A stretch of 38,533 bases of DNA from a virus. The position numbers and the translations under genes are program-made. Location: positions 1-38,533 of IMG/VR virus record IMGVR_UViG_3300045988_077292. One strand, given 5' to 3'. Below, one piece after another: positions 25,922-34,680 of the stretch. Under the pieces are notes generated by a model. That model worked only from the letters and a program-made list of their open reading frames with translations, ran no database searches and was not told the DNA's origin. How positions within the stretch are numbered: position 1 is the first letter of the stretch; each line of letters begins with the position of its first letter.

Positions 25922-26518
25922 ATGAAGCTCAAGAACATAGCAAAGCTATGCGCAAAGACGCACTCGATAGGCATATCAGAAGTGAGCGGGACACAATGGC
26001 TCGGAAACGGGCATGCCGCATACCCGGTATTCAACCTGCCGCCTCTGGACGAGGACACCGCACCCGCAGTGCTGGATTTTGACGAGGAGAAAGCAGCGAC
26101 GCTTGATGTGCGGTACGTGGACTTGCAGTCAAAGTTTGATCTGCGCGAAGACAACGATGATGAAGAGGCTTTGACGGCTGTCCTCCTGCGCTTTTTGTAT
26201 GAGGGTGAAACCCTTGACGCATGGCAGACGGAGAGCGGACGCATCGTCCTTGTCGACCCGACGTACATAAAGCCCTATATCGCGGATGAAAGCAGCGTCC
26301 CTGTGCTTTATCTGAGACGCGGCGGACATGGGGACTACATAGTCGGCAAGAGCGGGATGTTTGTAACGGCAGTAATCATGCCGCGTGAGCCGGACGCTAA
26401 GGAGGCGGATGATTTACTGAGGAAGTTTAACCGCCTCGCCTTGGCAATGGACGAGATAGCCGGGCCGCCTCCTATGCCCGTCGACCCGGACACCGGGGAG
26501 GTACGTGAGTTCAAATGA
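25922..26518 (+). CDS. Hypothetical early protein (198 aa)
   Basis: Clean ORF, tightly packed with its neighbours. Confidence 0.6.
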   Translation: MKLKNIAKLCAKTHSIGISEVSGTQWLGNGHAAYPVFNLPPLDEDTAPAVLDFDEEKAATLDVRYVDLQSKFDLREDNDDEEALTAVLLRFLYEGETLDAWQTESGRIVLVDPTYIKPYIADESSVPVLYLRRGGHGDYIVGKSGMFVTAVIMPREPDAKEADDLLRKFNRLALAMDEIAGPPPMPVDPDTGEVREFK

Positions 26519-26805
26519 CAGCTAAAGAAATATTATCCGCCGCGCTTGAGACTTTCGGTGCGGAGGCACAGACGCTGATGGTCATGGAAGAAATGGCCGA
26601 ACTGACAAAGGAGCTTTGCAAACACGCACGTGGAGCTGATAACACCGACGCTATCGCGGAGGAGATGGCCGACGTGTATATAATGCTGAGCCAAATGGAG
26701 CTATTGCACGATGTAGAAGACCGTGTGATATGGTGGTACAATGCCAAACTCGCGCGACTAGAAGAACGATTAAGAAACGCAAAGGAGGATAACGACAATG
26801 GATGA
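26515..26805 (+). CDS. mazG: MazG-like nucleotide pyrophosphohydrolase (96 aa)
   Basis: MEEMAELTKEL ... AIAEEMADVYIML gives the EExxE...EExxD metal-binding helices of small MazG proteins. ATGA coupling. Confidence 0.8.
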   Translation: MTAKEILSAALETFGAEAQTLMVMEEMAELTKELCKHARGADNTDAIAEEMADVYIMLSQMELLHDVEDRVIWWYNAKLARLEERLRNAKEDNDNG

Positions 26806-27277
26806 AACCATGTGGGTGAGAACAGACGTTGTGCTGCCGCCAGAGGGGCAGGAAGTATTGATCTGGACGGACATGATACACATCGCCCGGCGCAGCGAGC
26901 GAGGGATAACAAAAGAAGAGCGGGAGAAGATGCGCCGAGGTGAGCTGACAAACCCGATCGAAACCGGCATATCTATGCACGAAGTTGCGAGATGCCCCAG
27001 AAGCGAAATATATAAGGACGAAGATGAATGGGGCAACAATCAGAAGCCGTACAACTGGATCGGTCGAGGACACAGTAAATTCTTCGGGCAAGAAGTGAAG
27101 TGGTGGATGCCACTGCCGACAAGACCATGGGGAGAAAAAGAGAAGGACAAATCCCCGTTGCGGCAAGGCAATGCTGATCTTGCAATGGGTATCATTATGT
27201 CTGTGCTTGCGATGAATCATGTGTATAACCTCGTAAAAGAAGAGGAGGAGCGACCAGATGAGCGTAGGGAGAATTGA
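26798..27277 (+). CDS. DUF551-like phage protein (159 aa)
   Basis: WVRTDVVLPPEGQEVLIW at the N-terminus and VKWWMPLPTRPW later match the DUF551 pattern as I remember it. Confidence 0.5.
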   Translation: MDETMWVRTDVVLPPEGQEVLIWTDMIHIARRSERGITKEEREKMRRGELTNPIETGISMHEVARCPRSEIYKDEDEWGNNQKPYNWIGRGHSKFFGQEVKWWMPLPTRPWGEKEKDKSPLRQGNADLAMGIIMSVLAMNHVYNLVKEEEERPDERREN

Positions 27278-27680
27278 CACAGATGTAGTCAAGGCAGCAA
27301 TGGACGGGCGCAAGTGGAACGTGCAGCAGCTGGCGGAGAAGACAGGCTTAGAACCCAACAACCTCAGACGGATATTCAAGACCAAGGCCACGGCGGAGAA
27401 GAGCGTGTGGGCACTGTCGGAAGCGCTGAATCTTGAGCTGCCGGAGCTGCTGGGATTCGCGGACGGTCAGCTGACGACGGGACAGTCACTGCTGCTGGCG
27501 CGGTTGGAAGCCCACATGACGGTGAAAGAGCTGGCGGCGGAGAGCGGAGTGCAGCCGGGGAACATATGGAACTACGAGAACGACGCCATGCCCAGACTTG
27601 ATGCAGCGCGTCAGATAGCCGCCGCACTTGACCAAAGCATAGAGCGCGTATTCTTCAGATACATAGGCATACTCGAATGA
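27258..27680 (+). CDS. Tandem double-HTH (XRE-type) DNA-binding protein (140 aa)
   Basis: Two HTH units: WNVQQLAEKTGLEPNNLRRIF and MTVKELAAESGVQPGNIWNYEND. Confidence 0.65.
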   Translation: MSVGRIDTDVVKAAMDGRKWNVQQLAEKTGLEPNNLRRIFKTKATAEKSVWALSEALNLELPELLGFADGQLTTGQSLLLARLEAHMTVKELAAESGVQPGNIWNYENDAMPRLDAARQIAAALDQSIERVFFRYIGILE

Positions 27681-27700
27681 GGGGAGAGCGATCTCCCCTC
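27679..27700 (+). other. Hairpin GAGGGGAGA gcga TCTCCCCTC at the end of the early operon (no U-tract)
   Basis: Perfect 9-bp stem, read directly. Confidence 0.45.
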
Positions 27701-27792
27701 GCATGAACAATGATTTGGAAAGAGCTGCAATATAAAGGGCGGCTGCTTCGAGATCATTGTACCTTATTATATAAAATAGAGAGTACAGACTT

Positions 27793-27818
27793 GAAACGCG
27801 CGCGGGCGCGCACGTTTC
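27793..27818. promoter_or_regulatory. GC-rich palindromic hairpin GAAACGCGCGCG gg CGCGCACGTTTC upstream of the Rep-like gene; candidate origin/nick-site structure
   Basis: 11 of 12 positions pair. It is embedded in an AT-rich 165-bp intergenic region 50 nt upstream of the HUH gene. Confidence 0.4.
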
Positions 27819-27868
27819 TTGTGAGACTTTTAAAAGGTTAAATTAACGACGGAGGATAAAAGAAAGGA

Positions 27869-28669
27869 ATGAGACGACTGATGGAATACAAGATAGTATC
27901 GGGGAATGTTGTGGAGATCAGACGGACATACATGAATGTCCGTGCTGGGTCTCCACAGAGGAAGCCGCGCGGCCAGCGCATAGCCGGGAACACCTCCGCC
28001 AGAAAGATAAAGGCGAATGAGAATGAAGCCGTGAAGCAGCTGGCGCGCACGCTCAATGCCAACCTCAAGAAGGGATGGCTGTGGGTCACGCTGAAATATG
28101 AGAACGAATATCTGCCCGTGGATTACTCCGCCCTTGAACAGAATGGGGGCAAGTTCACACGGGCTCTTCGTGCTGCATTCAAGAAAGAGAACGGGCGTAA
28201 CCCTCAGTACATCTGGGTGAATGCCAACTGGTCGCCGGAGCGGGACGCGCCCGCAAGGCTGCACCATCATCTCGTGATAGAGGCGTGCAGTCTGGATATG
28301 CTGGCGGAGCTGTGGAAGTATGGCAGCGTGTCCGTGGAAGAGATCGACGGACGCGAAGACCACACGGCGCTGGCGGTGTACATAGTGAAGAACGTGCACG
28401 GGCTTGAGCGCGGGAAGAACAAGTGGAGCACGAGCCGGGGCAATCTGCTGAAACCCATATACACAGAGCCGGAGGAAGTGACAGACGGTGGAGTGGAAGA
28501 CATAGCCGTGCTGCCGACAGCGAGACAGACAGCGTTTGAAAGGCTGGACGATGAGTGTGGGCGAGCCGTGAGCGCATACGTGCGGTGCATACTGCCGGAG
28601 AGACCAAAGGTCAGAGGCGGGCAGATAATAATACAGCGCCCGAAGAAACGCGGAGGAAGGAGAAGCTGA
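27869..28669 (+). CDS. HUH-superfamily rolling-circle replication initiator-like protein (266 aa)
   Basis: Three motifs in canonical order and spacing: WVTLKY (aa 72-77, motif I), RLHHHLVIE (aa 130-138, HUH), AVYIVKN (Y171-x2-K174, motif III). Confidence 0.6.
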   Translation: MRRLMEYKIVSGNVVEIRRTYMNVRAGSPQRKPRGQRIAGNTSARKIKANENEAVKQLARTLNANLKKGWLWVTLKYENEYLPVDYSALEQNGGKFTRALRAAFKKENGRNPQYIWVNANWSPERDAPARLHHHLVIEACSLDMLAELWKYGSVSVEEIDGREDHTALAVYIVKNVHGLERGKNKWSTSRGNLLKPIYTEPEEVTDGGVEDIAVLPTARQTAFERLDDECGRAVSAYVRCILPERPKVRGGQIIIQRPKKRGGRRS

Positions 28670-28986
28670 TGAGCAAGATAAGAACGACGCTGTGCGCGTC
28701 ATGCTATGCCAAGCTCAGCAAGCTGTACCGGCTGCGTGAAGTGCCCGCGGTGTATCAGCGCGCGGGGTACAACAAGTGTTCGCTGTGCGACTTCGCCGGG
28801 CAGCTGACAGAATACAGCTACGACCCGGAGAGTGATAGGCGCACGGAACGGGAGCGCCAACAGATGAAGGAGCGGGAAGCCGGGGCAAGAGCGCAGCGCT
28901 TCCGCCGAACGGAAGAGGAGAAGCAGGACTGCATGTTCAGTGCTGCCGACTTCGACGCGCTCGACGATGTGCTGAGACGGATATAG
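28669..28986 (+). CDS. Zinc-ribbon-like protein (105 aa)
   Basis: TGATG coupling. CASC...CSLC pairs and a basic/acidic C-terminus. Confidence 0.55.
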   Translation: MSKIRTTLCASCYAKLSKLYRLREVPAVYQRAGYNKCSLCDFAGQLTEYSYDPESDRRTERERQQMKEREAGARAQRFRRTEEEKQDCMFSAADFDALDDVLRRI

Positions 28987-28996
28987 GGGGTGCGGC

Positions 28997-29230
28997 GTGC
29001 CAAGCGTGAGGGAAACATGGAACGCGGCGGACGTGCGCTGCCCGTTCTTCATGGGCGAGAAGCCCGGCAAGAAGAGCGTGGTGTGCGAGGGGTTCGGCGA
29101 GAAGATGAAAGTGAACGTGGAGTTCACAAGCCTCAAGGCGAAGAGTTCATACATGGGGCGGCACTGCGTGGGACCCTATGAGCGCTGCCCGCTGTACCAA
29201 ATGACGATAAAAAAATATGAGATCGAATAA
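28997..29230 (+). CDS. Small Cys-rich protein (77 aa, GTG start)
   Basis: AGGGGG sits 6 nt before GTG 28997. Sequence includes VRCPFF...VVCEGF...RHCVGPYERCPLY. Confidence 0.5.
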   Translation: MPSVRETWNAADVRCPFFMGEKPGKKSVVCEGFGEKMKVNVEFTSLKAKSSYMGRHCVGPYERCPLYQMTIKKYEIE

Positions 29231-29231
29231 C

Positions 29232-29262
29232 TTAGAGCGTCCGAAAAAATCGGGCGCTCTAA
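29232..29262 (+). terminator. 12-bp hairpin TTAGAGCGTCCG aaaaaat CGGGCGCTCTAA, followed by an A-tract and no U-tract; possible weak terminator
   Basis: Its architecture (A-rich loop, then an A-run, then the 24-bp box) mirrors 4781-4850. Confidence 0.45.
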
Positions 29263-29269
29263 AAAAATA

Positions 29270-29315
29270 GGGATAAAAAGTGCCATAGAGAAAAGCGCAT
29301 CGACCTTGCTATAAT
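29270..29315 (+). promoter_or_regulatory. Late promoter cassette 2: GGGATAAAAAGTGCCATAGAGAAA, 13 nt, then TGcTATAAT
   Basis: The 24-bp box and its spacing are identical to 4827-4872. It lies upstream of the packaging genes. Confidence 0.7.
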
Positions 29316-29347
29316 AAAATCAAAAAGCAAGCAAGGAGGCGGACACC

Positions 29348-29641
29348 ATGAGCGGGATGAGGAGCACGGCACAGCGCTTGCAGATGGCACTCGTGATGAG
29401 CGGGTGCAACGTAAGCCTAAACAGCAGACAGTTTTACAGCACGAAGTATCAGAAGATCGTGACCTGCTGGAAGATACACGAGGACAACAAGCTCGTACTG
29501 AAAACCTATTCGAGCGTCGCCGTGGTGCAGACGCTAGCGGAAATGTACAAGGAGGTGCGTGATGAAGAAGCTGCCGCCAAAGAAAATGAAATTCGCGGAG
29601 GCGTACATCCGGCTAAACAACCAGACACAGGCGGCGATTGA
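29348..29641 (+). CDS. Hypothetical protein preceding terS (97 aa; the 3' 80 nt overlap terS)
   Basis: GCAAGGAGGCGGACACC ATG. The long overlap makes the true C-terminus uncertain. Confidence 0.45.
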   Translation: MSGMRSTAQRLQMALVMSGCNVSLNSRQFYSTKYQKIVTCWKIHEDNKLVLKTYSSVAVVQTLAEMYKEVRDEEAAAKENEIRGGVHPAKQPDTGGD

Positions 29642-29960
29642 GGCGGGGTACTCCCCTGCCAGCGCACGCACAGCCGGGTATAGGCTGCTGCAAAAAGATG
29701 ATGTGCAGGAGTACATACGCGAGCGCCTGCGCGAGATAGACGAGCAAGAGATAGCCAAGACCAACGAGGTACTGCGCTTTCTGTCAAGCGTCATGCGCGG
29801 AGAAGTGCAGGACCAGTTCGGGCTTGACGCACAGCTGGCGGACAGGATAAAGGCAGGGACGGAGCTGCTGAAAAGATACGCCTCGGTCGAGGCGGAGGAA
29901 AAAGGCGCGGAGGCTGTCACCATTGAGTTCGTCGCGCGGACGGAGGAGGCGGCGCAGTGA
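29562..29960 (+). CDS. terS: Terminase small subunit (132 aa from ATG 29562)
   Basis: KFAEAYIRLNNQTQAAIEAGYSPASARTAGYRLLQKDDVQEYI is the typical Terminase_2-type HTH N-terminus. AAGGAGG sits 6 nt upstream. Confidence 0.85.
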   Translation: MKKLPPKKMKFAEAYIRLNNQTQAAIEAGYSPASARTAGYRLLQKDDVQEYIRERLREIDEQEIAKTNEVLRFLSSVMRGEVQDQFGLDAQLADRIKAGTELLKRYASVEAEEKGAEAVTIEFVARTEEAAQ

Positions 29961-31390
29961 AGCGACTGGAGATACCGGAGCCAAGCGCAAAGCAATGGCT
30001 GTTCCTGCGGGACCGGCACAAGTACGTATGCTACGGCGGGGCGCGCGGCGGCGGGAAGAGCTGGGGCGTGAGGGTCAAGGCGATACTGCTGTGCGAGAAC
30101 TACGCCGGCATAAAGGTGATGATCGTGCGCCGGAGTTACCCGGAGCTGTACGCCAACCACATAAAGCCGCTGACAGAAATGCTGCGGTGCGACAGCGAGA
30201 ACGACGCGCTGGCAAGGTACAACGACCAGCGCAAGGAGATGGCATTCCCCAACGGCAGCAGAATCATTTTCAGATGCTGCGAGCGGGAGCGGGACGCGGA
30301 CAGATTCCAGGGCACAGAAGTGGACGTGCTGTTCGTGGACGAGGCGACGCACCAGACCGAGAGCGTGATGGCAAAGCTGACGGCGTGCGTGCGAGGAGTA
30401 AACGATTTTCCCAAGCGGGTGTATTACACCTGCAACCCCGGCAACGTGGGGCACGAGTGGGTGAAGCGCCTGTTCATTGATCGGCATTACAAAGACGGCG
30501 AGACCCCGGAGGACTACAGCTTCATCCAAGCCGGTGTGCGGGACAACGTGGCGCTGATGAAAGCACAGCCGGACTACATCAAGCAGCTGGAAGCGCTGCC
30601 AGCGAAGCAGAGGGCGGCATGGCTGGACGGAGACTGGGACGTATTCGAGGGCGCATTCTTCGATGACTTCCGTGTGACGCCGGACATCAAGGCGGCGAGA
30701 GACGCAGGGTGCGATCTGTCCCCGGAGGAGATGAGACGGCAGCACAAGTGGGTGCACGTCATCCCGGCATTCGACCTCAACGCCGGGGCAAGCCGGGGCT
30801 GGAACATCATCCGCAGCTACGACTTCGGCTATGCCAAGCCGTTCTCCTGCGCGTGGTGGGCGGTGGACTATGAGGGTGTGCTGTATCGCATACTCGAATG
30901 GTACGGCTGCACGGACACACCGAACGAGGGCATACGCTACACCCCGGAACAGCAGTTCGCAGAGATAGCACGCATTGAGCGGGAACACCCGTGGCTAAAA
31001 GGAAAGCGCATTGACGGCGTGGCAGACCCAAGCATATGGGACGCGAGCCGAGGAGAGAGCATAGCAGAGACGGCGGCGAAGTACCGAGTGTGGTTTTCTC
31101 CCGGAGACAATCAACGCATACCCGGATGGATGCAGTGCCATTATCGCTTGCAGTTTGACAACGAGGGCTACGCCAGAATGTATGTGTTCGACACGTGCAA
31201 GGCATTCATACGCACGGTGCCGCTGATGCAGCACAGCGTACACAAGCCGGAGGACTTGGACACGACGCAGGAAGACCACGTGTGTGACGAATGGAGATAC
31301 ACCTGCATGTCAAGACCCATTGCCCCGCTGGTCAAGAAAGAGAACGCACACCCGATGATAGACCCGCTGAATATGTTCAGCAAACAATAG
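29957..31390 (+). CDS. terL: Terminase large subunit (477 aa)
   Basis: Walker A GGARGGGKSW, Walker B VLFVDEAT, and a C-terminal nuclease region. GTGA overlap with terS. Confidence 0.9.
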   Translation: MKRLEIPEPSAKQWLFLRDRHKYVCYGGARGGGKSWGVRVKAILLCENYAGIKVMIVRRSYPELYANHIKPLTEMLRCDSENDALARYNDQRKEMAFPNGSRIIFRCCERERDADRFQGTEVDVLFVDEATHQTESVMAKLTACVRGVNDFPKRVYYTCNPGNVGHEWVKRLFIDRHYKDGETPEDYSFIQAGVRDNVALMKAQPDYIKQLEALPAKQRAAWLDGDWDVFEGAFFDDFRVTPDIKAARDAGCDLSPEEMRRQHKWVHVIPAFDLNAGASRGWNIIRSYDFGYAKPFSCAWWAVDYEGVLYRILEWYGCTDTPNEGIRYTPEQQFAEIARIEREHPWLKGKRIDGVADPSIWDASRGESIAETAAKYRVWFSPGDNQRIPGWMQCHYRLQFDNEGYARMYVFDTCKAFIRTVPLMQHSVHKPEDLDTTQEDHVCDEWRYTCMSRPIAPLVKKENAHPMIDPLNMFSKQ

Positions 31391-31405
31391 AGAGGAGATA
31401 CCCCC

Positions 31406-33298
31406 ATGGATGAAACAAGAACGAGTGACATGATGAACACGGCGCCGCTGACACCGGAGCCGGTAATGGCAGACACCACGGTGCTGACACAGACTGCACC
31501 GCCCGTGAACGAGGAGACGCTGCGGAAGTTCAACGATACCTTGCAGAAGTACAAGAGCGGGAAGAACAGCGTGGAGCGCCGCGCCATCGAGGCAGAAAAC
31601 TGGTGGAAGCTGCGCAACCAAGTGGAGATCGAGAAGCAGACCAAGGGACTGACAGGGTACAAAGCCAAGAGCGGGTGGCTGCACAACGTGATAGTTGCCA
31701 AGCACGCCGACGCAACAGAGGCATACCCGGAGCCGAACATACTTGCTCGCGAGCCGGACGATGTGAAGGAGGCGGGTATGCTATCAAAGATAATCCCGGT
31801 GGTGCTGGAAGCCAACCGCTTTGAGGAGGCATACAGCGACGTCGCGTGGCAGAAGCTCAAGACCGGCACGGGGATATACAAGGTCTGGTGGGACGCGAGC
31901 AAGCTCAACGGTCTGGGCGATATAGCAATAGAGCGGGTGGATGTGCTCAATGTGTTCTGGGAGCCGGGCGTGACCGACATACAGAAGAGCAAGTACTTCT
32001 TCCACACGGCGACGGTGGACAACGAGGTGCTGGAAGGAATGTACCCGCAGCTCGTGGGCAAGCTCAAGGCAATGACATTTGTGCCGAACAAATTCAGAAC
32101 GGATGATACTGTCCCCGTGGATAAGAAGAGTGTGGTGATAGACGTATACTACAAGTTGCACCGCGAGGGGAAGACGGAGCTGCATTACTGCAAGTACGTA
32201 GGCGGAGAGATACTGTACAGCAGCGAGAACGCGGGAGAGCCGCTGTATGATCACGGGCTGTACCCCTTTGTGTTCGACACGCTGTTCCCCATTGAGGGAA
32301 GCCCGTGCGGCTATGGGTACATAGACCTGTGCCAGAATGTGCAGACGCAGATAGACCTCATGCAGACGGCGTTCATCAAGAACTCCATGGTGGGCGCGAT
32401 ACCCCGGTACTTCATGCGCATAGACGGCAGCATAAACGAGGATGAATTCCTTGATCTTGACAATCCCATCGTGCACGTGAACGGCAACCTCGGCAAGGAC
32501 AGCATGACCCCGGTGGAATACAAAGCACTGAGCGGGAACTATCTGGACGTGCGCACGAGCATGATAAACGAGCTGAGAGAAACGAGCGGGAACACAGAGG
32601 CATCGAACGGCGTTATCTCTTCCGGCGTGACTGCGGCGTCGGCAATCGCCGCACTGCAGGAGGCGAGCGGCAAGGGCAGCCGTGACAGCAGCCGTTCAAG
32701 CTACCGGGCATACTCGCGCATAGTAAACCTGTGCATTGAGCTGATCCGGCAGTTCTATGATATGCCGAGGCAGTTCCGCATCACGGGACAGCTGGGCGCG
32801 GAGACCTTTGTGCGGTACAGCAATGAAAACATTAAGCCGCGCGAGGAGCAGAGCGGGAACATCATGCTGGTGCGTCTGCCGGAGTTCGACATCAAGGTCA
32901 GCCCGGCGAAGAGATCAAGCTACAGCAGGATAACGCAGAACGAAATGGCGCTGCAATTCTACAACCTTGGATTCTTCAACCCGCAGCAGACGGACCAGGC
33001 GCTGGCGTGCTGCTCCATGATGGACTTTGATAACAAAGACGTGGTGATGCAGATGATCAACTACAACGGGACGATGTACCAGAAGCTCGCGCAGTATCAG
33101 CAGTACGCACTGGCAATGACGCAGAAGTACGAGCCGGACAAGGTGGACGCATTGGCCGCGGCGATCACAGGCAACGCTGCACCGCAGACAGTACGCACGA
33201 GCAGCGAGGAAGTGAAGCTCAGCCCGGACACCGAGGAGGACACGCGAGTGCAGAACACGCGGGCAAAGAGCCAATCGTATTCACAGCCGGAGGGATGA
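31406..33298 (+). CDS. Portal protein (630 aa)
   Basis: Its size and position directly after terL fit. LQKYKSGKNSVERRAIEAENWWKLRN is a motif common at portal N-termini. Confidence 0.8.
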   Translation: MDETRTSDMMNTAPLTPEPVMADTTVLTQTAPPVNEETLRKFNDTLQKYKSGKNSVERRAIEAENWWKLRNQVEIEKQTKGLTGYKAKSGWLHNVIVAKHADATEAYPEPNILAREPDDVKEAGMLSKIIPVVLEANRFEEAYSDVAWQKLKTGTGIYKVWWDASKLNGLGDIAIERVDVLNVFWEPGVTDIQKSKYFFHTATVDNEVLEGMYPQLVGKLKAMTFVPNKFRTDDTVPVDKKSVVIDVYYKLHREGKTELHYCKYVGGEILYSSENAGEPLYDHGLYPFVFDTLFPIEGSPCGYGYIDLCQNVQTQIDLMQTAFIKNSMVGAIPRYFMRIDGSINEDEFLDLDNPIVHVNGNLGKDSMTPVEYKALSGNYLDVRTSMINELRETSGNTEASNGVISSGVTAASAIAALQEASGKGSRDSSRSSYRAYSRIVNLCIELIRQFYDMPRQFRITGQLGAETFVRYSNENIKPREEQSGNIMLVRLPEFDIKVSPAKRSSYSRITQNEMALQFYNLGFFNPQQTDQALACCSMMDFDNKDVVMQMINYNGTMYQKLAQYQQYALAMTQKYEPDKVDALAAAITGNAAPQTVRTSSEEVKLSPDTEEDTRVQNTRAKSQSYSQPEG

Positions 33299-33301
33299 GC
33301 G

Positions 33302-33613
33302 ATGACCAAGATAACATACGACGCAGAGAACTACACCTTGGAGATGGACGGGCACGCCGGAGCGGGAGCGCCGGGACAGGACATCGTGTGCGCGGCAGAG
33401 ACGATACTCATGCGGGCGCTCGTCGCCGCAGTGATGGATGAACAGTCAAAACTCTGTCCCTCAGTGCGGCAACGGAGCGGGTACGCAAAGGTGCAGTGCG
33501 CCCCCACACCGAGAGCAAAGACAATGTGCAAGGCAATGATGCAGACGATCTTCATGGGATATGAACTGCTCGCCCAGCATTACCCGGAGCACGTCAAGGT
33601 ATACACAGCATAA
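33302..33613 (+). CDS. prp: Prp-like cysteine protease (DUF464 / ribosomal-processing protease family, 103 aa)
   Basis: GHAGAGAPGQDIVCAAETIL matches the GHA...DIVCAA His/Cys dyad signature (H18, C30). The size is typical of the family. Confidence 0.75.
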   Translation: MTKITYDAENYTLEMDGHAGAGAPGQDIVCAAETILMRALVAAVMDEQSKLCPSVRQRSGYAKVQCAPTPRAKTMCKAMMQTIFMGYELLAQHYPEHVKVYTA

Positions 33614-33627
33614 GGAGGAAAAGAAAA

Positions 33628-34668
33628 ATGGCAATGCTCGGAGAAGAGAAAAAGCAGCAGCAGACAGACGCAACAGCAGTCACACAGAACACGAGCGGGA
33701 GCAGCCAGCAGACACAGCAGAGGGAGACCTCGCCCAAGCAGACTGTTACCCCGCAGCAGACCGCCGCGCAGAACACCCAGCCCGCCGTACAGCAGACGAC
33801 CGCACCCCAGCAGACCGTGACGCCGACAGCAGCGCAGACCACGGGCGGGACACGGAGCGCGGCATACGACCGGGCGATGGCGACATTGAAGAAGGCAGAG
33901 AACAACGCGCCTTCGTATTCATCCTCATACGACGATGAGATCAACGAGATATACAACAAGATCACAAACCGGCAGCCGTTCAAGTATGACTACAGCACAG
34001 ACCCGCTGTATGGCCAGTACAAGGAGCAGTACACCCAGCTGGGCAAACAGGCAATGCGCGACAGCATGGGGCAGACGGCGGCACTCACGGGCGGCTACGG
34101 CAACAGCTACGGCAGTGCGGTGGGACAGCAGCAATACGACGCATACCTGCAGCGACTGAACGATGTGCTGCCGGAGCTGTACGGACAGGCATACAACCTC
34201 TACGCCGCGGAGGGCGACGCGCTCAAGGAGCGGTACACTCTTGCGGCAGATCAGCGCAACACAGAGTACAACCAGTTCCGCGACGCACTGTCAGACTTCC
34301 GCTATGATCAGTCGCTCGACCTTGAGAAGGCGCGGCAGCTGGCCGAAGACCTCGGCGCATACGGAGACTTCTCCGGCTACGGGGAGCTGTACGGTGAGGA
34401 CGCGGCGGCGAGGATGGCGAAGACATGGGCGGCGGCAAACCCCATACCGGCATACATCAACGGGCAGATAACCGCGGACGAATACTACCAGATCACCGGC
34501 GAGTACCCCTATGGCTATACGCCTCCCGGCACGGCGGTAAGCAGCGGCGGAGACAGTGGCAGTGGCGGTGGCGGTGGCTGGGACCCCGGTAACCACGCTT
34601 ACGTGAACAGGGAAAACTACTACAGAGTTACTGGCAAAGACCCGTGGGGAATATTCGAGAAGAAATAA
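33628..34668 (+). CDS. Head-module protein of unknown function, Gln/Thr-rich N-terminus (346 aa)
   Basis: AAGGAGGAAAAGAAAA ATG. Core FKYDYSTDPLYGQYKEQYTQLGKQAMRDSMGQTAALTGGYGNSYG looks like a family often seen next to portals in Firmicutes phages. Not verified. Confidence 0.6.
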   Translation: MAMLGEEKKQQQTDATAVTQNTSGSSQQTQQRETSPKQTVTPQQTAAQNTQPAVQQTTAPQQTVTPTAAQTTGGTRSAAYDRAMATLKKAENNAPSYSSSYDDEINEIYNKITNRQPFKYDYSTDPLYGQYKEQYTQLGKQAMRDSMGQTAALTGGYGNSYGSAVGQQQYDAYLQRLNDVLPELYGQAYNLYAAEGDALKERYTLAADQRNTEYNQFRDALSDFRYDQSLDLEKARQLAEDLGAYGDFSGYGELYGEDAAARMAKTWAAANPIPAYINGQITADEYYQITGEYPYGYTPPGTAVSSGGDSGSGGGGGWDPGNHAYVNRENYYRVTGKDPWGIFEKK

Positions 34669-34680
34669 GGAGGCAGTGCA

